A stretch of 64,000 nucleotides of DNA, taken from the NCBI GenBank assembly GCA_964371245.1, contig CAYJKP010000001.1:315042-379041 (forward strand), in the 5' to 3' direction. A model generated the notes under the pieces. It saw only the letters and a list, made by a program, of their open reading frames with translations. It searched no databases and was not told where the DNA came from. A program made the position numbers and the translations under genes. Below are positions 17,503 to 27,124 of this stretch, in pieces. Origin of the DNA: an uncultured Gammaproteobacteria bacterium. Its GTDB lineage: Bacteria; Patescibacteriota; Patescibacteriia; JAHIZJ01. The stretch's first letter is position 1. Every line of letters begins with the position of its first letter.

Positions 17503-17588
17503 AAAGACGACCACAGATTGACATACCGGGCGCGGCCATGATATTGTGGCCGCGTCGGTTTTCGTTTCATCCAACCACGGAGGGGTGC

Positions 17589-18008
17589 ATGAACTCGACG
17601 ATGTGGTCGTGGAAGCAGTGGGGGAAACTGGTCCTCTACGACGTGTTCTTTCTGATCGTGATCGGGATCGCCCTAACAGCCGCCAGTCATCGCAGCATCT
17701 TTGGTCGACTGGTTTGGTCGGCTGGCCTGGCGGGCTTTTCCGGACTGATCGGACTGGTCTTCAGCATCGGGCCGAGATATTTCGTCAACGTCGACAACCA
17801 GCCCGCTCGGATCGTGCTCTGGCTCGTTTTCAGCGCGGCAGTCATCGGCCCGCTGGCACTCGTTACCCTCTGGTCCTGGGAACTGAAGGCCGGTTTGGAC
17901 GCAATCGCGCTGATAGGCGGCGGCCTGGCTGGTTACTTCTGGAGCCAGCTTGACCGCTGGCGCCGCACCCTCAGGGCTGGCAGTGTCCAGCCGTCGCGCC
18001 TGACGTAA
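17589..18008 (+). CDS. Four-transmembrane hypothetical protein
   Basis: GGAGGGG ribosome-binding site before ATG 17589; upstream TTGACA...GATATT/TATTGT promoter-like sequence; four hydrophobic segments. Confidence 0.7.
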   Translation: MNSTMWSWKQWGKLVLYDVFFLIVIGIALTAASHRSIFGRLVWSAGLAGFSGLIGLVFSIGPRYFVNVDNQPARIVLWLVFSAAVIGPLALVTLWSWELKAGLDAIALIGGGLAGYFWSQLDRWRRTLRAGSVQPSRLT

Positions 18009-18097
18009 TCCGTCGGGCCTTTTAATTTTCGCACTATAACACAGGTTTTTAAATAAAAAATCCGGAATATGCCGGAAATATAATGCCTAAACGAAAA

Positions 18098-19195
18098 TTA
18101 CTGCGCTCGTATCCGAAAGCCTTTCCAGGCCAAGACAAATGACGCCACGATCCAGCCGCCGAGAATAGCCAAGGCGGTCGGATAATCGAACGGCGTGCGG
18201 CCGTCGATCGAAATGCCGCGCAATATTTTTAGGAGAGAGGTTAGGGGCAGAAAGTCAACTATTTTTCCGACCGCTTTTGGCAGCATGTCGGGCGAGAAAA
18301 AGACGCCGGACAGAAACATCATCGGCGTGGTAATCGCGTTCGCCATCGCTTCGGCTGTATTTACGGTCTTCGCCTGGCCGGCCACGAAGAAGCCGATGTT
18401 CAAGAACACGATTGTTCCCACGAGCGTTGTCAGGGCCAGCCAGACATAGCTGCCGTAGACCTGGACGTGAAAGACAAACCGGCCGACCCCGATAATCAAG
18501 GCAATTTGAATCAGGGCGAGGAAAAGGTAATTACCGATTTCAGAAATCAAATAACTGCGGATATTGATCGGCGTGGCTATCAGCCGTTTTAATATTTTTC
18601 GTTCGCGATACCGGGTGATGCCGACCGCAATGCCGATAATGGAGGAAAACATGATCGCCATGCCGAGAATGCCCGGCATGATGAAGTCGAGGTATTTAAT
18701 GTTGTGGCCTTGGACGCCTTCAGATTTGACGAGAAAAAGTTTCGGCGTGCCCGTGCTCTGGAGGGTGTAGTCGTTTAAGAACTGGTTAACCACAGTGACG
18801 ATGATCTGGCTCTGTTGATTGCTGCCGTCGATGATGACGTCAAAGGAAATCGGTTCTTTTTGCTCTTTCGGATTGACCGTTCCGAATTCTTTTGGAATAA
18901 CAATGATGCCCGCCAGCTCGCTTTTTTTCATTTGCTCGCGTGCCGCATCGATTGTGCCGAAATCCTTCTGATAAAAAACATTAAGCCCCATGAGCTGGCT
19001 GATTAATTGTCGCGAGGTGTCGTTCTTCGCTTCATCAATGAACTGGACGTTAAATTTCTGCGGCGTGTCAAAACGGAACAGGCCGAAGATGATCAAAAAC
19101 AAAAGCGGGAACAGTAGCGACCAAAAAAGCGACTGTCGATCCCGGAAGGTCATTTTGATATTGGCGACGAACAGCCGCCAGGTCGGGTTATTCAC
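18098..19195 (-). CDS. ABC-2 type exporter permease
   Basis: RD...LFW.L.FP, YLDFIMPGILGM, R.RE..ILKRL..TP, FLSGVFF. Confidence 0.9.
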   Translation of the reverse strand: MNNPTWRLFVANIKMTFRDRQSLFWSLLFPLLFLIIFGLFRFDTPQKFNVQFIDEAKNDTSRQLISQLMGLNVFYQKDFGTIDAAREQMKKSELAGIIVIPKEFGTVNPKEQKEPISFDVIIDGSNQQSQIIVTVVNQFLNDYTLQSTGTPKLFLVKSEGVQGHNIKYLDFIMPGILGMAIMFSSIIGIAVGITRYRERKILKRLIATPINIRSYLISEIGNYLFLALIQIALIIGVGRFVFHVQVYGSYVWLALTTLVGTIVFLNIGFFVAGQAKTVNTAEAMANAITTPMMFLSGVFFSPDMLPKAVGKIVDFLPLTSLLKILRGISIDGRTPFDYPTALAILGGWIVASFVLAWKGFRIRAQ

Positions 19196-20117
19196 GGAGC
19201 CGGCTCCCGGTTAGATGTAAGAACACGTCCTCGAGGTTGGCGCGCGTAATCTCAATGTCGCGCAAGGGATTATTTTGCTCAAGCGCCCAACGGATCAGCG
19301 GCGGCAGGGTTTCAGAGGCATGAGTGATCTGGAGGCGATAGATGTCTTCGCCGTTTTTTTCGGATTCCTTCACGCCCGGTATTGTCAGAAATATTTTCGG
19401 ATCCACGTTTTTCTCGATCTTGAAATGCAGATGGGCGGTCGCCTGGAGCTGTTTGATCAAATTCGCGGGCGAATCAAGCGCCACGACTTTGCCATGGTCA
19501 ATGATGCCGACGCGGTCGCAGAGCTCTTCTGCCTCTTCCATATAATGCGAGGTGAGGACGACGGTCCGTCCCTGGCTATTTATTTTTCGGATGAAGTCCC
19601 ACATGTGCCGCCGCGCTTGCGGATCCAAACCGGTGGTCGGTTCGTCGAGAAAAACGACTTCCGGTTCGTTCACCAGGCTGACAGCGATTGAGAAACGCTG
19701 TTGCTGACCGCCTGAGAGTTCTTTGACGAGCGCTTTTCGTTTTTCCGACAGCTCGACGATTTCGAGCAGTTCAGCCGCGTCGGCCTGTTTCGGATAAAAA
19801 CTTCCGAAGAGCTTCAGGATTTCCATCAGATTCAAGTAATCAAAAAAAGACGAGGATTGCAGCTGGATGCCGATGCGTTGTTTCACTTTCTGTACCTCTT
19901 TCCGTGAATCAAGGCCGAGCACCGAGGTGCTGCCGCGGGTGGGGTTTTGCAGGCCTTCGATGATTTCAAGAGTGGTTGTCTTACCGGCGCCATTCGGGCC
20001 AAGTAAGCCAAAAATTTCGCCTTTCTTGATCGAAAAGGAGACGCCGTCAACGGCCGTGAGCTCACCGCCGGGTTGGGGGAATATTTTGACGAGATTGTTT
20101 ACCTCGATGACCGACAT
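19188..20117 (-). CDS. ABC transporter ATP-binding protein
   Basis: GPNGAGKTT, LSGGQ, LDEPT, H-loop. Confidence 0.95.
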   Translation of the reverse strand: MSVIEVNNLVKIFPQPGGELTAVDGVSFSIKKGEIFGLLGPNGAGKTTTLEIIEGLQNPTRGSTSVLGLDSRKEVQKVKQRIGIQLQSSSFFDYLNLMEILKLFGSFYPKQADAAELLEIVELSEKRKALVKELSGGQQQRFSIAVSLVNEPEVVFLDEPTTGLDPQARRHMWDFIRKINSQGRTVVLTSHYMEEAEELCDRVGIIDHGKVVALDSPANLIKQLQATAHLHFKIEKNVDPKIFLTIPGVKESEKNGEDIYRLQITHASETLPPLIRWALEQNNPLRDIEITRANLEDVFLHLTGSRLRE

Positions 20118-20164
20118 AGCCTGACCAGTATATCAGAGCGACCCACGTCGGTCAAACCCTTGAT

Positions 20165-20193
20165 TTGACAGATAAAAAAGGCTATAGTACAAT
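20165..20193 (+). promoter_or_regulatory. Sigma70 promoter of the infA-rpoA operon
   Basis: TTGACA-N17-TACAAT. Confidence 0.7.
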
Positions 20194-20306
20194 GCTTTTG
20201 GGTAAATAAATATTACCAGATGTCAAGATTTTGTCTCGAACAGCGGTAGAATCAAAGAAATTCTCTGTCGGGCTATCTTGACGAGAATTTTTCGTTTTCG
20301 CAATCC

Positions 20307-20558
20307 ATGGAGAAACGAAAGCCGTATACACCATCACGACCCCGCGTTAAACCGGGCTTTGTCGAAGCCAGCGGTGTCGTCGAGGAATTATTGCCCAACG
20401 CCACCTTTCGCGTTACCTTAGACAATGGTCACGCGGTCTTGGCTCATCTCTCCGGGCGCATGCGCATGAATCGCATCAAGATTCTTCCTGGCGACCGGGT
20501 GAGCCTGGAAATGACCCCGTATGATTTAACGAAAGGCAGAATAACATACCGACAATAA
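20307..20558 (+). CDS. infA: Translation initiation factor IF-1
   Basis: [24 protein letters not shown]...I.ILPGD.V..E..PYDL.KGRI.YR. Confidence 0.97.
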   Translation: MEKRKPYTPSRPRVKPGFVEASGVVEELLPNATFRVTLDNGHAVLAHLSGRMRMNRIKILPGDRVSLEMTPYDLTKGRITYRQ

Positions 20559-20560
20559 CC

Positions 20561-20674
20561 ATGAAAGTTCGCGCTTCGGTAAAAAAAATGTGCATGCAGT
20601 GCAAGGTCGTTCGACGGAAAAAACGGCTAGTTGTGATTTGCTCAAACCCGAAGCATAAACAGCGTCAAGGTTAA
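20561..20674 (+). CDS. rpmJ: 50S ribosomal protein L36 (absent from the ORF track)
   Basis: [37 protein letters not shown]. Confidence 0.97.
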   Translation: MKVRASVKKMCMQCKVVRRKKRLVVICSNPKHKQRQG

Positions 20675-20691
20675 TATCATTATCACGTTTT

Positions 20692-21084
20692 ATGGCCGCA
20701 CGTATCGCCGGAGTTACCCTCCCACAGAACAAACGCATCGAATTCGGACTAACCTATGTCTATGGCGTGGGGCATTCCTCGGTGCTGAAAATATTGGCGG
20801 CGACGAAAATATCGCCCGACATCCGCACCCAGGATCTGACCACCGAACAAATAAAATCGTTGAGCGACTATATTACGAAGAATTTAATAGTTGAAGGTGA
20901 ATTGCGCCGCGTGCGAACTGGCAATGTGAAGCGATTAAAGGATATCGGAGCCTACCGGGGCACCCGGCACACCAAAGGACTGCCGGTTCGCGGCCAACGC
21001 ACCCGCACGAACACCCGGACGGTCCGCGGCAACATCCGTCATACGATGGGCTCGGGCCGCCGACCCTCAGCCGAAAAGACATAA
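20692..21084 (+). CDS. rpsM: 30S ribosomal protein S13
   Basis: [28 protein letters not shown]. Confidence 0.97.
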   Translation: MAARIAGVTLPQNKRIEFGLTYVYGVGHSSVLKILAATKISPDIRTQDLTTEQIKSLSDYITKNLIVEGELRRVRTGNVKRLKDIGAYRGTRHTKGLPVRGQRTRTNTRTVRGNIRHTMGSGRRPSAEKT

Positions 21085-21098
21085 TCTAACGATCACCC

Positions 21099-21560
21099 AT
21101 GGCAGAACAACAACCAGCGAAAGCGGAAGAAAAAAATGAACCAGCCGTCGAGGCTGAAAAAACCGATACCAAGGCGAAGCCGGCGTATCGCAAGAAAAAA
21201 AAGACGCGAAAATTCGTTACCCGCGGGATTGCTCATATTTCCGCGACCTACAATAACACGATCGTCGCAATCAGCGATCCTGAGGGGAATGTGCTGGGCT
21301 GGTCTTCGGCCGGTCAAAACGGATTTAAGGGTCCGAAGAAAGCGACGCCGTATGCGGCCGGTATCATTGTCCGATCGCTGATGGACAAACTGCGGGACTA
21401 CGGCTTGCGCGAAGTCGACGTAAAGGTAAAGGGCGTCGGTTCTGGACGCGAGGCGGCCATCCGCGGTCTCAACGCTCAGGGTTTAAACATATTATCAATC
21501 AAAGACATAACGCCGGTACCGCATAACGGTCCTCGGCCGCGCAAGGTGCGCCGAGTTTAA
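21099..21560 (+). CDS. rpsK: 30S ribosomal protein S11
   Basis: AHI.ATYNNTI, GFKG.KK.TPYAA, D.TPVPHNG.RP. Confidence 0.97.
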   Translation: MAEQQPAKAEEKNEPAVEAEKTDTKAKPAYRKKKKTRKFVTRGIAHISATYNNTIVAISDPEGNVLGWSSAGQNGFKGPKKATPYAAGIIVRSLMDKLRDYGLREVDVKVKGVGSGREAAIRGLNAQGLNILSIKDITPVPHNGPRPRKVRRV

Positions 21561-21577
21561 GGCGAAGGATATTTATT

Positions 21578-22207
21578 ATGGCTAGAGGCATTGATCATAA
21601 ATGCAAGCAGTGTCGCCGAGAGGGTGAAAAACTTTTTCTGAAAGGCGAGAAATGTTTCAGCGGCAAATGCCCGATCGTGAAGCGGAATTATCCGCCGGGA
21701 CTCCACGGCGTGAAGGGGCGCTCGCGGCAATCAAATTTTGGTATGCAGCTTCGCGAAAAGCAAAAGGCGAAACGCCTCTATCGCTTGAGCGAACGGCAAT
21801 TCTTTAATTATTTCCAAAAAGCCACAAAGCAGCAGGGCGAAACAGTCGAGAATTTCTTGCGCCTGCTCGAACTGCGGCTTGATAATGTCATCTACCGGTT
21901 GGGTATCGGCGCCTCGCGCGACCAGGCTCGACAAATCGTCGGACACGGTTTTGTGTTAGTCAACGGCCGCGGGGTCAATATTCCGTCATATAAAGTGAAA
22001 ACCGGGGATGTGATTACCATCAAGGAAACGAAGCAAAAACGACCGGCCTTCCAGGAAGCGCTGAAGAAACTCGAAAAACATGAAACCCCCTCCTGGCTGA
22101 CGTTCGATAAGTCCGCCGTCAAAGCGACGGTCACGGCCGTGCCAACCATGCCTGAACTGAAACAAAATTTTCAACCCCAACTGATCATCGAGTTTTATTC
22201 CCGATAA
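21578..22207 (+). CDS. rpsD: 30S ribosomal protein S4
   Basis: CKQCRREG.KLFLKG, QLREKQK, LE.RLDN, IIEFYSR. Confidence 0.97.
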   Translation: MARGIDHKCKQCRREGEKLFLKGEKCFSGKCPIVKRNYPPGLHGVKGRSRQSNFGMQLREKQKAKRLYRLSERQFFNYFQKATKQQGETVENFLRLLELRLDNVIYRLGIGASRDQARQIVGHGFVLVNGRGVNIPSYKVKTGDVITIKETKQKRPAFQEALKKLEKHETPSWLTFDKSAVKATVTAVPTMPELKQNFQPQLIIEFYSR

Positions 22208-22228
22208 ATAATTAGATAAGCCACTCTT

Positions 22229-23029
22229 ATGGAAAAGATACCTTTACCGAAAAAATTAGGAATCACTCCGGTCGCCGACCATCAAGCAACATTCACGATT
22301 GAGCCTTGCTATCCCGGATACGGTACCACGCTCGGCAACGCCTTGCGCCGGGTGCTCCTATCTTCGTTGGAAGGCGGAGCCATCACCGCCGTCAAGATAA
22401 AAGGGGTAAATCATGAATTCTCCACGCTGCCGAATGTGAAAGAAGACGTGGTCGAAATTATTTTGAATCTCAAAGCGATTCGTTTACAAATGCACTCCGA
22501 TGAGCCTCAAACCGTGACCATCAAGGCCAAGGGTGAGAAAAAGGTCACCGGCAAGGATATCAAATGCCCGGCGGGCATTGAAGTATTTACCACTGATCAA
22601 GTCATCGCCACGTTGACGGATAAAAGCGCTGAATTTGAGGTTGAGCTCCGGGTTGAAAAAGGTCGCGGCTATATTCCCGTTGAAAGTCGCGAAAAAGAAA
22701 AGAATGAAATCGGCATGATCGCCATCGATGCGGTCTACACGCCGATCCGGAACGTCAACTTTGAAGTGGATAGTGTTCGGGTCGGTCAGATGACAAATTT
22801 TGATAAGCTCGTCCTTGATATTACCACCGACGGCACGATTTCACCGGTGGAAGCCTTTACGCAAGCAACCCAAATTCTCGAAGATCATTTCGAATTCATC
22901 CTTGGCGCGTCCAAAGAAGAGCAGGCCACCGAGGAACCGGCGGAGAAAGAGAAAGAGAAGGAAGAAAAAGCTGCCGAGCCAAAGAAGAAACGCGGACGTC
23001 CGAAAAAAACTGAAACGAAAGAGGAATAA
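22229..23029 (+). CDS. rpoA: RNA polymerase alpha subunit (N-terminal domain only, with a charged tail)
   Basis: GYGTTLGNALRRVLLSSL, HEFST, RVGQ.T.FDKL; 266 aa, no alpha-CTD. Confidence 0.95.
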   Translation: MEKIPLPKKLGITPVADHQATFTIEPCYPGYGTTLGNALRRVLLSSLEGGAITAVKIKGVNHEFSTLPNVKEDVVEIILNLKAIRLQMHSDEPQTVTIKAKGEKKVTGKDIKCPAGIEVFTTDQVIATLTDKSAEFEVELRVEKGRGYIPVESREKEKNEIGMIAIDAVYTPIRNVNFEVDSVRVGQMTNFDKLVLDITTDGTISPVEAFTQATQILEDHFEFILGASKEEQATEEPAEKEKEKEEKAAEPKKKRGRPKKTETKEE

Positions 23030-23044
23030 TCACGTTTATCTGTT

Positions 23045-23509
23045 ATGCGCCATCGAAGTAAGAAAAAAACACTCGATCGTCCCACGTCGCAACGCCGTTT
23101 GCTCAGACGCAATTTAGCGGTGAGCCTGATCATGTCAGAGCATGTCCAGACCACAGTGGCCAAGGCGAAATGGCTGCGTCCGTTTGTCGAGCGGCTCGTC
23201 ACCCTGTCGCGGAAGCAAACCCTGGCCGCACGACGTCACGCCCTGGATTTGCTGACCGATCGGGCGGCGGTGAATACACTCATCCATGAGCTTGCCCCGC
23301 GCTATGCGAAGCGCCCCGGCGGCTATACGCGCATCGTGAAAACAGGCCGGCGCTCTGGCGATGGCGCTCAGATGGCAGTGATCGAATTTGTTGATCGTCC
23401 GGCCGCGCCAACGAAGAAGGGGAAGGGCAAAGACAAGGAAGAAAAATCGAAAGAAGCGACCGGTGATAAGAAAGAACATAAAGGGAAAGAGCATGCGGAG
23501 AAAAAATAA
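23045..23509 (+). CDS. rplQ: 50S ribosomal protein L17
   Basis: MRHR, TTVAKAK.LR, RPGGYTRI, R.GDGA.MA; Lys-rich tail. Confidence 0.96.
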   Translation: MRHRSKKKTLDRPTSQRRLLRRNLAVSLIMSEHVQTTVAKAKWLRPFVERLVTLSRKQTLAARRHALDLLTDRAAVNTLIHELAPRYAKRPGGYTRIVKTGRRSGDGAQMAVIEFVDRPAAPTKKGKGKDKEEKSKEATGDKKEHKGKEHAEKK

Positions 23510-23867
23510 GCATACCTTTAAAACACTCGAAACGCATACGCTTGACGCCACCGGACAATCGTTCGGTCGTTTAGCGACTCAAATCGCCCGGCTGTTGCAA
23601 GGTAAGCATCGCCCCGAGTATTCCCCGGAAGCCGACCCGATCATCATCGTGAACGTAACGCACGCCGAGGCGATGAAGATAACCGGGAAAAAACCGGAAC
23701 AAAAGATTTATTACCGCCACACCGGCTATCCGGGACACCTGAAAGGCGTTTCACTAGCCCATTTTCTAAAAGCCAAACCCAGCGTCATTATTTATAAAGC
23801 GGTTGAAAATATGCTTCCGAAAAACAGGCTCCGCAGCCGACGACTCAATCGATTAAAATTTATTTAA
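23493..23867 (+). CDS. rplM: 50S ribosomal protein L13
   Basis: DA....GRLAT.IA..L.GKHRP, YYRHTGYPG, AV..MLPKNRL. Confidence 0.95.
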   Translation: MRRKNKHTFKTLETHTLDATGQSFGRLATQIARLLQGKHRPEYSPEADPIIIVNVTHAEAMKITGKKPEQKIYYRHTGYPGHLKGVSLAHFLKAKPSVIIYKAVENMLPKNRLRSRRLNRLKFI

Positions 23868-23870
23868 CGT

Positions 23871-24407
23871 ATGCCACGTACTGCCAAAACCCCCAGCGAT
23901 AAGACAGCAAAGGACGAAAAGCCGAAGAAACGCGGCCGTCCTCGGAAAACGGTGATCAAGAAAGAAGTGCCGGCCGTCCAGCAGCCGCCAGTCGTTGAAA
24001 AACCAAAGGTGAAGCGCTTTACCTACCTCTTCGCCGTCGGACGACGGAAAGAGGCAGTCGCCCGAGTCCGGTATTATCGCAAGGGTGAAGGCAAGTTTAC
24101 AGTGAATGCCAAGCCAGTCGAACAGTATTTTTCGACCTTAGAAACCCAGAATATTGTCAAAATGCCGATTCAGGCTGTCAGTGCCACGCTCGATGGGGAC
24201 GTCTCGATCAAGGTCCAGGGCGGCGGCAAGCGGGGACAAGCTGATGCGAGTCGACTGGGCATTGCTCGAATATTGATTTTGCTTGATAAGAAGAACCGGC
24301 CGACCCTGAAACGGCTGGGCTATTTGACGCGCGACCCACGGGTGAAAGAACGGAAGAAATATGGCTTGAAACGAGCCCGGCGCGCACCGCAGTGGCAGAA
24401 GCGCTAA
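23871..24407 (+). CDS. rpsI: 30S ribosomal protein S9 with an N-terminal extension
   Basis: GRRK.AVARV, GGG..GQA, LTRDPR.KERKKYG...ARRAPQWQKR. Confidence 0.96.
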   Translation: MPRTAKTPSDKTAKDEKPKKRGRPRKTVIKKEVPAVQQPPVVEKPKVKRFTYLFAVGRRKEAVARVRYYRKGEGKFTVNAKPVEQYFSTLETQNIVKMPIQAVSATLDGDVSIKVQGGGKRGQADASRLGIARILILLDKKNRPTLKRLGYLTRDPRVKERKKYGLKRARRAPQWQKR

Positions 24408-24410
24408 GAT

Positions 24411-24501
24411 AATTCAAAATTCAAAATTCAGAAGTAAAAATGATGGTACGCCGCCGCTTGTGCGGCGGGAAACATTCATTATACATTTTGCATTTTGAAT
24501 T
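24411..24501. repeat. AT-rich heptad palindromic repeat, copy C
   Basis: AATTCAAAATTCAAAATT..AATGATGGTA-CGCCGCCGC-TTGT-GCGGCGG...TTTTGCATTTTGAATT. Confidence 0.7.
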
Positions 24502-24512
24502 ATTACTTTACG

Positions 24513-25982
24513 ATGACGCCAAGCTATCACCCAGATCGAATAGCCCGGAATACCTCGTACCTGACGATTGCCCTGACCGCCCAAAAGGTACTCTCCTTCG
24601 TATATTTTATTTACATTTCGCGGTCGATCGGTAGTGAAGAAATCGGCCGCTATCTCTTTGCGCTGTCGTTAACGACCATTGTCGGCGTTTTTATTGACAT
24701 TGGATTAAATCCGGTACTGACGCGTGAAATTGCGAAGGATCCGCAAAAAACCCACCTCTATTTAAATACCACTTTTTCACTGAAACTTCTTCTGGCTGTG
24801 CTCGCGTACGGCGCCGTTTTTTTGTTTATCAATCTGCCATTTTTAGGCTATCCGGCTGAGACGAAACACCTAGTCTATCTCTCAGGCCTTGTCATGATAT
24901 TTGATACCTTTGTTTTGAGCTTTTATTCAATCTTTCGCGGCTATCAAGTTCTGAAATACGAGTCGCTGGGCGTCATTCTCAATAAAATCGTGGTGATGGG
25001 CTTGGGTGTTTTATTTATTTTGATGCACAAGGGTACACTCTTTTTGGTGCTGGCAATTCTTTTCGGGAGCATGTTTAACATTGTGTACACCGCGACTTTA
25101 TTGATTCGCAAGGTGCAGTGGCGCCCGCGATTTTACCTTGATAAAAATGTTTTGAAAGCGCTGCTGCGGATTGCGCTACCGTTCGCCGTGGCCAGCATAT
25201 TTACAGTCATTTACGGTTCGATTGATTCAGTCCTGCTCAACATGCTCAGCGGTGCCCGCGGCAACAGTTTTGTTGGCTGGTATGGCACTGCCTATAAACT
25301 CACATACTCATTTCAGTTCATTCCAATCGCGGTTGGGGCGGCTGTCTTTCCGGCGATGAGTTCGTATTTTATTTCGTCAAAGGCCTTATTGGCGCGGACC
25401 TTTGAACGGGCATCGTATTATCTGCTCGTGATCGTCATGCCGATCGTGTTCGGCGTTTTCGCGGTTGCCGAAAAACTCATTCTCCGGCTCTGGGGCAATG
25501 CCTTCGGTACCTCAATCCATCCGTTACAAATCTTGATTTTTAGCTTGATCTTCGTTTTTCTCACCTTTCCGATCGGGGCATTGTTAAACGCCAGTAACCG
25601 CCAAACGCGCAATACGATCAATATCGGCATTGCCATGGTCGTTAATATTATTTTAAATTTAATCCTGATACCGAAATATACGTTTATCGGCACGAGTATT
25701 TCCTCGCTGGTCTCGACCTTCATTCTTTTTGCCCTCGGTTTGTCGGTCGTCCGTCAAACTATCACCGTGAACTGGCGGTATCTCGTCACCATTGTGTTCA
25801 AAACGCTGGTCTCAGCCCTGATTATGGTTGGCATTCTATTGGCCTTGAAGGAAAGAGTATCGTTTATCATATTAATTCCGCTGGGCGTCGTGATATATTT
25901 TCTGGCACTTTTCCTGTTTCGGGGCTTTGGCCAAAACGAGTATAAACGGATTTTTCACGTCGTCCTGCGGCGACTTTCATGA
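24513..25982 (+). CDS. Polysaccharide flippase (Wzx/MOP family)
   Basis: About 14 transmembrane helices; ARN, D.GL...LTREIA, D.VLL...VGWY..AY motifs. Confidence 0.9.
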   Translation: MTPSYHPDRIARNTSYLTIALTAQKVLSFVYFIYISRSIGSEEIGRYLFALSLTTIVGVFIDIGLNPVLTREIAKDPQKTHLYLNTTFSLKLLLAVLAYGAVFLFINLPFLGYPAETKHLVYLSGLVMIFDTFVLSFYSIFRGYQVLKYESLGVILNKIVVMGLGVLFILMHKGTLFLVLAILFGSMFNIVYTATLLIRKVQWRPRFYLDKNVLKALLRIALPFAVASIFTVIYGSIDSVLLNMLSGARGNSFVGWYGTAYKLTYSFQFIPIAVGAAVFPAMSSYFISSKALLARTFERASYYLLVIVMPIVFGVFAVAEKLILRLWGNAFGTSIHPLQILIFSLIFVFLTFPIGALLNASNRQTRNTINIGIAMVVNIILNLILIPKYTFIGTSISSLVSTFILFALGLSVVRQTITVNWRYLVTIVFKTLVSALIMVGILLALKERVSFIILIPLGVVIYFLALFLFRGFGQNEYKRIFHVVLRRLS

Positions 25983-27124
25983 AGCGCTCTCTTTTTATTA
26001 CACTCGATTATTCGCCGCGCGTGGGCGGGGTAGCGAGGGTATATACGAACCTTATCCGCCGATTGCCGTCCGAACGCGTCCTGGTCCTGGCTCCGCCGGA
26101 AAAGCAAGCCCATCTTTTTGATAGCCGCGAACCATATCGTATCATCCGGCGAAATTTTTATACCCGTCTGCCTTTGCTGTGGCCGAAATGGCTACCCTTG
26201 CTGGTAACCCTTTTTCGGTTGGTCCGGCGCGAGCACATCGAATGCATCCATGTTGGCCAGGTTCTGCCGATCGGCACGGCCGTATTTATGCTTCAAAAAT
26301 TTATCCACCTTCCCTATATTGTGTATTCGCATGGCTTGGATGTTACCTCGCCACAGGCCTGGCCGCGCAAGAAACGACTGATCCAGAAGATACTCAATCG
26401 CGCCGTCGCGATTGTCGCCAACAGTGAGTTTACAAAACGGGAGATTATTCGACTCGGCGTACCAGCTGACAAGATTCTGGTTTTGACGCCCGCCTGCAGC
26501 TTGCTCGGTACGGCGGCTGGTCAGGGCTTGATCGAAACAGTGCGCCGGCGTCATAATCTAGACGGACGAGAGGTGCTTCTGACCGTCGGACGGCTCGAAG
26601 AACGAAAAGGCCAAGACAGCGTTATCCGAGCGCTGGGTGAATTGCTTCGTCGCCACCCGCAACTGGTCTATGTGATCGTCGGCACTGGGCCGGACGGGCA
26701 ACGGCTGCGCCAGTTGGCTGAAGAATATCAGGTGGCCGAGCGGGTGATTTTTGCCGGCCGGATACCGGACGAAGAACTGCCGGCCTACTATCAAAATTGC
26801 GATGTTTTTTGCATGCCGGCACGCGAACTCTCAAATCGGGATGTCGAAGGATTTGGTATAGTGTATTTAGAAGCAAACGCCTATGGCAAACCGGTTATCG
26901 GCGGAAAGAGCGGCGGCGTTGCCGAAGCCATAGTACATGGTCAAACCGGGCTCCTCGTCTCGTCCGGTGATCAGTCAGAGCTGGTTCAGGCAATTGACCG
27001 ACTGCTGACTGACCATGCGTTCGCCGCTCGGCTCGGGCAGACCGGCCGAACGCGAGTTGAAAAAGAGTTTAACTGGGAGACGCGCGCCCGCGCCTTGCGA
27101 CAATTGATTGAACGACTGTCATGA
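25979..27124 (+). CDS. Glycosyltransferase family 4 (PimB-like)
   Basis: HGLD, VGRL..RKG, EGFGIVYLEA...GKPV. Confidence 0.92.
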   Translation: MKRSLFITLDYSPRVGGVARVYTNLIRRLPSERVLVLAPPEKQAHLFDSREPYRIIRRNFYTRLPLLWPKWLPLLVTLFRLVRREHIECIHVGQVLPIGTAVFMLQKFIHLPYIVYSHGLDVTSPQAWPRKKRLIQKILNRAVAIVANSEFTKREIIRLGVPADKILVLTPACSLLGTAAGQGLIETVRRRHNLDGREVLLTVGRLEERKGQDSVIRALGELLRRHPQLVYVIVGTGPDGQRLRQLAEEYQVAERVIFAGRIPDEELPAYYQNCDVFCMPARELSNRDVEGFGIVYLEANAYGKPVIGGKSGGVAEAIVHGQTGLLVSSGDQSELVQAIDRLLTDHAFAARLGQTGRTRVEKEFNWETRARALRQLIERLS

